62,000 nucleotides of DNA, taken from Malacoraja senta. Its lineage: Eukaryota. The stretch's first letter is position 1. Every line of letters begins with the position of its first letter. Both the position numbers and the translations under genes were made by a program. The DNA is taken from the NCBI GenBank assembly GCA_038087875.1, contig CM075989.1:6696001-6758000 (forward strand), given 5' to 3'. The notes below the pieces were generated by a model, which saw nothing but the letters and a program-made list of their open reading frames with translations, did no database searches and was not told the origin of the DNA. Of the stretch, positions 59,651-62,000 are shown piece after piece.

Positions 59651-62000
59651 CGATTTGTTACACTAGACAGAGACAGCTGGTCTGCGATCTTTATTAGATT
59701 TGCAGCATCAATGATGCCAGGTTGCATGCTAAATTTGGAATTCCCATTTTTTTTTTGAAAGCCCAATTACACAAAACATCCTTTAGATAGACCATGCGTT
59801 GAGTCGACTGGCTGAGAAAAACTGCACTGGACTGGATAAAGCAAGACTGTGCAACAAATTAGTTTTATTAACCTCCCAGAATCATCAAATCAAACTCATT
59901 TGGTCAGAGTGCAGTGGGGTCGGTTCACCAGAATAATATCAAGGTTAAAAGATATAATCTTATATAATAATATAATTATATTAGATATAATATCACACTG
60001 TGACAGCACAGTGGTGCCACGGTAGAGTTGTTGCCTTATTGACTGCCTCAGGAATGCAGCAAACATCATCAAAGACCATCATCAAAGACCTTTCCCACCC
60101 AGTCATTCCTTCTTCTCCTCGCTCCCCTTGAGCCGATAGATACTGAAGCTTGAAAACGCCCACCGCCAGACTGCAGGACAGTTTTTTCTCATCTGTTATT
60201 AGGCTTCTGCACTCCCATAAGTTAGGGTTCAGTCCGATTCACCGCCACCTCATTGTGGATATTGGCCATTGTCTCTGGAGCTGTTACACCACAATGCTGG
60301 CATTGTTATTCTGGACTCTGTATCCAAGCCTTTGTTCTTGTGCCACAACATCAGGATTAGCGCTCAACCAAGAAAACAAAGTCCAAAGTACTATCGAAAC
60401 TGATTGTACAGCCTTATGCCAAGGACAATAACTTACTCCATAATCAGTTACCTACACGTTAACAAGCACAATAATTATGTAGATGCCAGTATATCATTGG
60501 GGTTATCAAGTGGGCACCTCCCTTCACTGGTGATTCATTGTTTTAGGCCCACGACACCTTGGTTTCTCCAACTACTACAGGTTAAGCCCAACACGTTGAC
60601 TGTCAACCCATACGATATTAACCCGCACACTACTGAGCAAACATTGAACTTTGGACTCGGGATTTATACGGATAAATCGCTGGGCGTAAATGGAGCTGAG
60701 AGAGCATTTTGCAAATGTGCTCAACGCTGTGAGTCTGAGATTATCCAACTATCTCATAACATAAATATGATTAAAGACTGGCATCAGTAGAATTTCTGTG
60801 CTATATCTGAAACCACATCAGAGACATTTACTCAATGACGCGAGATAAGTGTAAAAACAGGCAAGGATACATTAATAGATATTATGAGCAAGGATAGCAA
60901 CAGAAGCGATTGGTATTAAGTAGACACATGAGACTCCAGATGCTGGAATCTGGAGCAACAAACAAGCTGCTGGAGGAATGCAATGGTCCAAGTAGCATTC
61001 GTGGATGGAAATGGACGACTATGTTATAGGATGGGACCCTTTATCTAGACTGAAGAGTCCCGACCCCAAGCCTTGTCTGTCCACTTCCATTCCCAGAAGT
61101 CTGCCTGACCCACTGAGTTCCTCCAGCAACTTTATTAGTATTGAGCATTATTTTATAGAACTGCCCTGTTTCAGAACCCAGACCCAGTATTATGTGCAAA
61201 GTCTGAAGAAGGGTCCCGACCCGAAACGTCACCTATCTATTTACTCCAGATATGCTGCCTGACCCGCTGAGTGACTCCAGCACTTTGTGTTTATATTGAT
61301 ATAAACCAGTCTCTGCAGTTCCTTCTTATAACATTATGTGCATACAATTCTCTATGACGATATTCTTCTGGGGCACATACAAAGGACTTACAGTTAAAGC
61401 ATACAGTGATTTATAATTATTCTATGCCATATCCTTTTATGGATTAAATATTATTTCAGGCTTGTCAAGCCCGCATCATCGTATTTCCCGTGAGCTTTTC
61501 CCAAACCCGGCGTCTGATTTGCTGAGTCTGGACATTTATCGCCTCCAGTTTATCCCCCCTCCTCCCACCCCACCTCTAACTTTCAGTCTGAAGACCCGAA
61601 ACGTCACCTATTCCCTTTATCCAGAGATGCTGCCTGACCCGATGAGTTACTCCAGCACTTTGTGTCTATCTTTGGAATAAACCAGCATCTGTAGTTCCTT
61701 CCTCATTCGCTAGGTCATCCCAGATCACTTCACCTGGCTACAAGGTGCTCACTGACTGATCAAATTCTCCATTTGCCAACTGTTGCTTCATCATGTGAAA
61801 ACCCTCTCCTCGTCACTGCCTCTATGGGCTCTGACGATTTAAACTTTCCAAATTCAGATTTTTTTTCCACCTCGTTTTCCATCTTGTTTTCGACAACCTC
61901 ACATTCCCCACTGTGATGCATGGCAAATAACTTCCTCCTTTTCCCCAGTGATTGGAGCGATCGAACCATCCGCAGTCGGGGTGATCGACACTCCTGCAGT

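Overview
Eukaryotic, repeat-dense, gene-poor window (intergenic or deep intronic). It is most likely from a cartilaginous fish (skate/ray), inferred from HE1-like V-SINEs, HER1/CR1 LINEs and Penelope-derived short repeats. No intact host protein-coding gene, rRNA, bona fide tRNA or CRISPR array is supported, and there is a 200-N assembly gap at 15847-16046. Clear elements are an intact Passport-like Tc1 transposon (34621-36237, DD34E transposase), a near-intact CR1 LINE (about 42533-46807), a young 5'-truncated L1 with an 11-bp TSD, Rex1/Babar, Penelope and Gypsy fragments, four Harbinger-type MITEs and more than 20 V-SINEs. Two structures stand out. (1) A 3.25-kb non-autonomous hAT-like DNA transposon (52133-55382, 6-bp TSD) carries what looks like the first coding exon and intron-1 start of TDP2 (UBA-like domain), with two further partial copies at about 3.9-6.9 kb, i.e. 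a vertebrate Pack-type gene-fragment carrier. (2) A ~160-nt retroelement headed by an HDV-like ribozyme fold is bounded by a 14-bp TSD (42431-42444 / 46875-46888), and the full-length CR1 appears to be nested inside it. All homology calls are from recalled family motifs; no searches were run.
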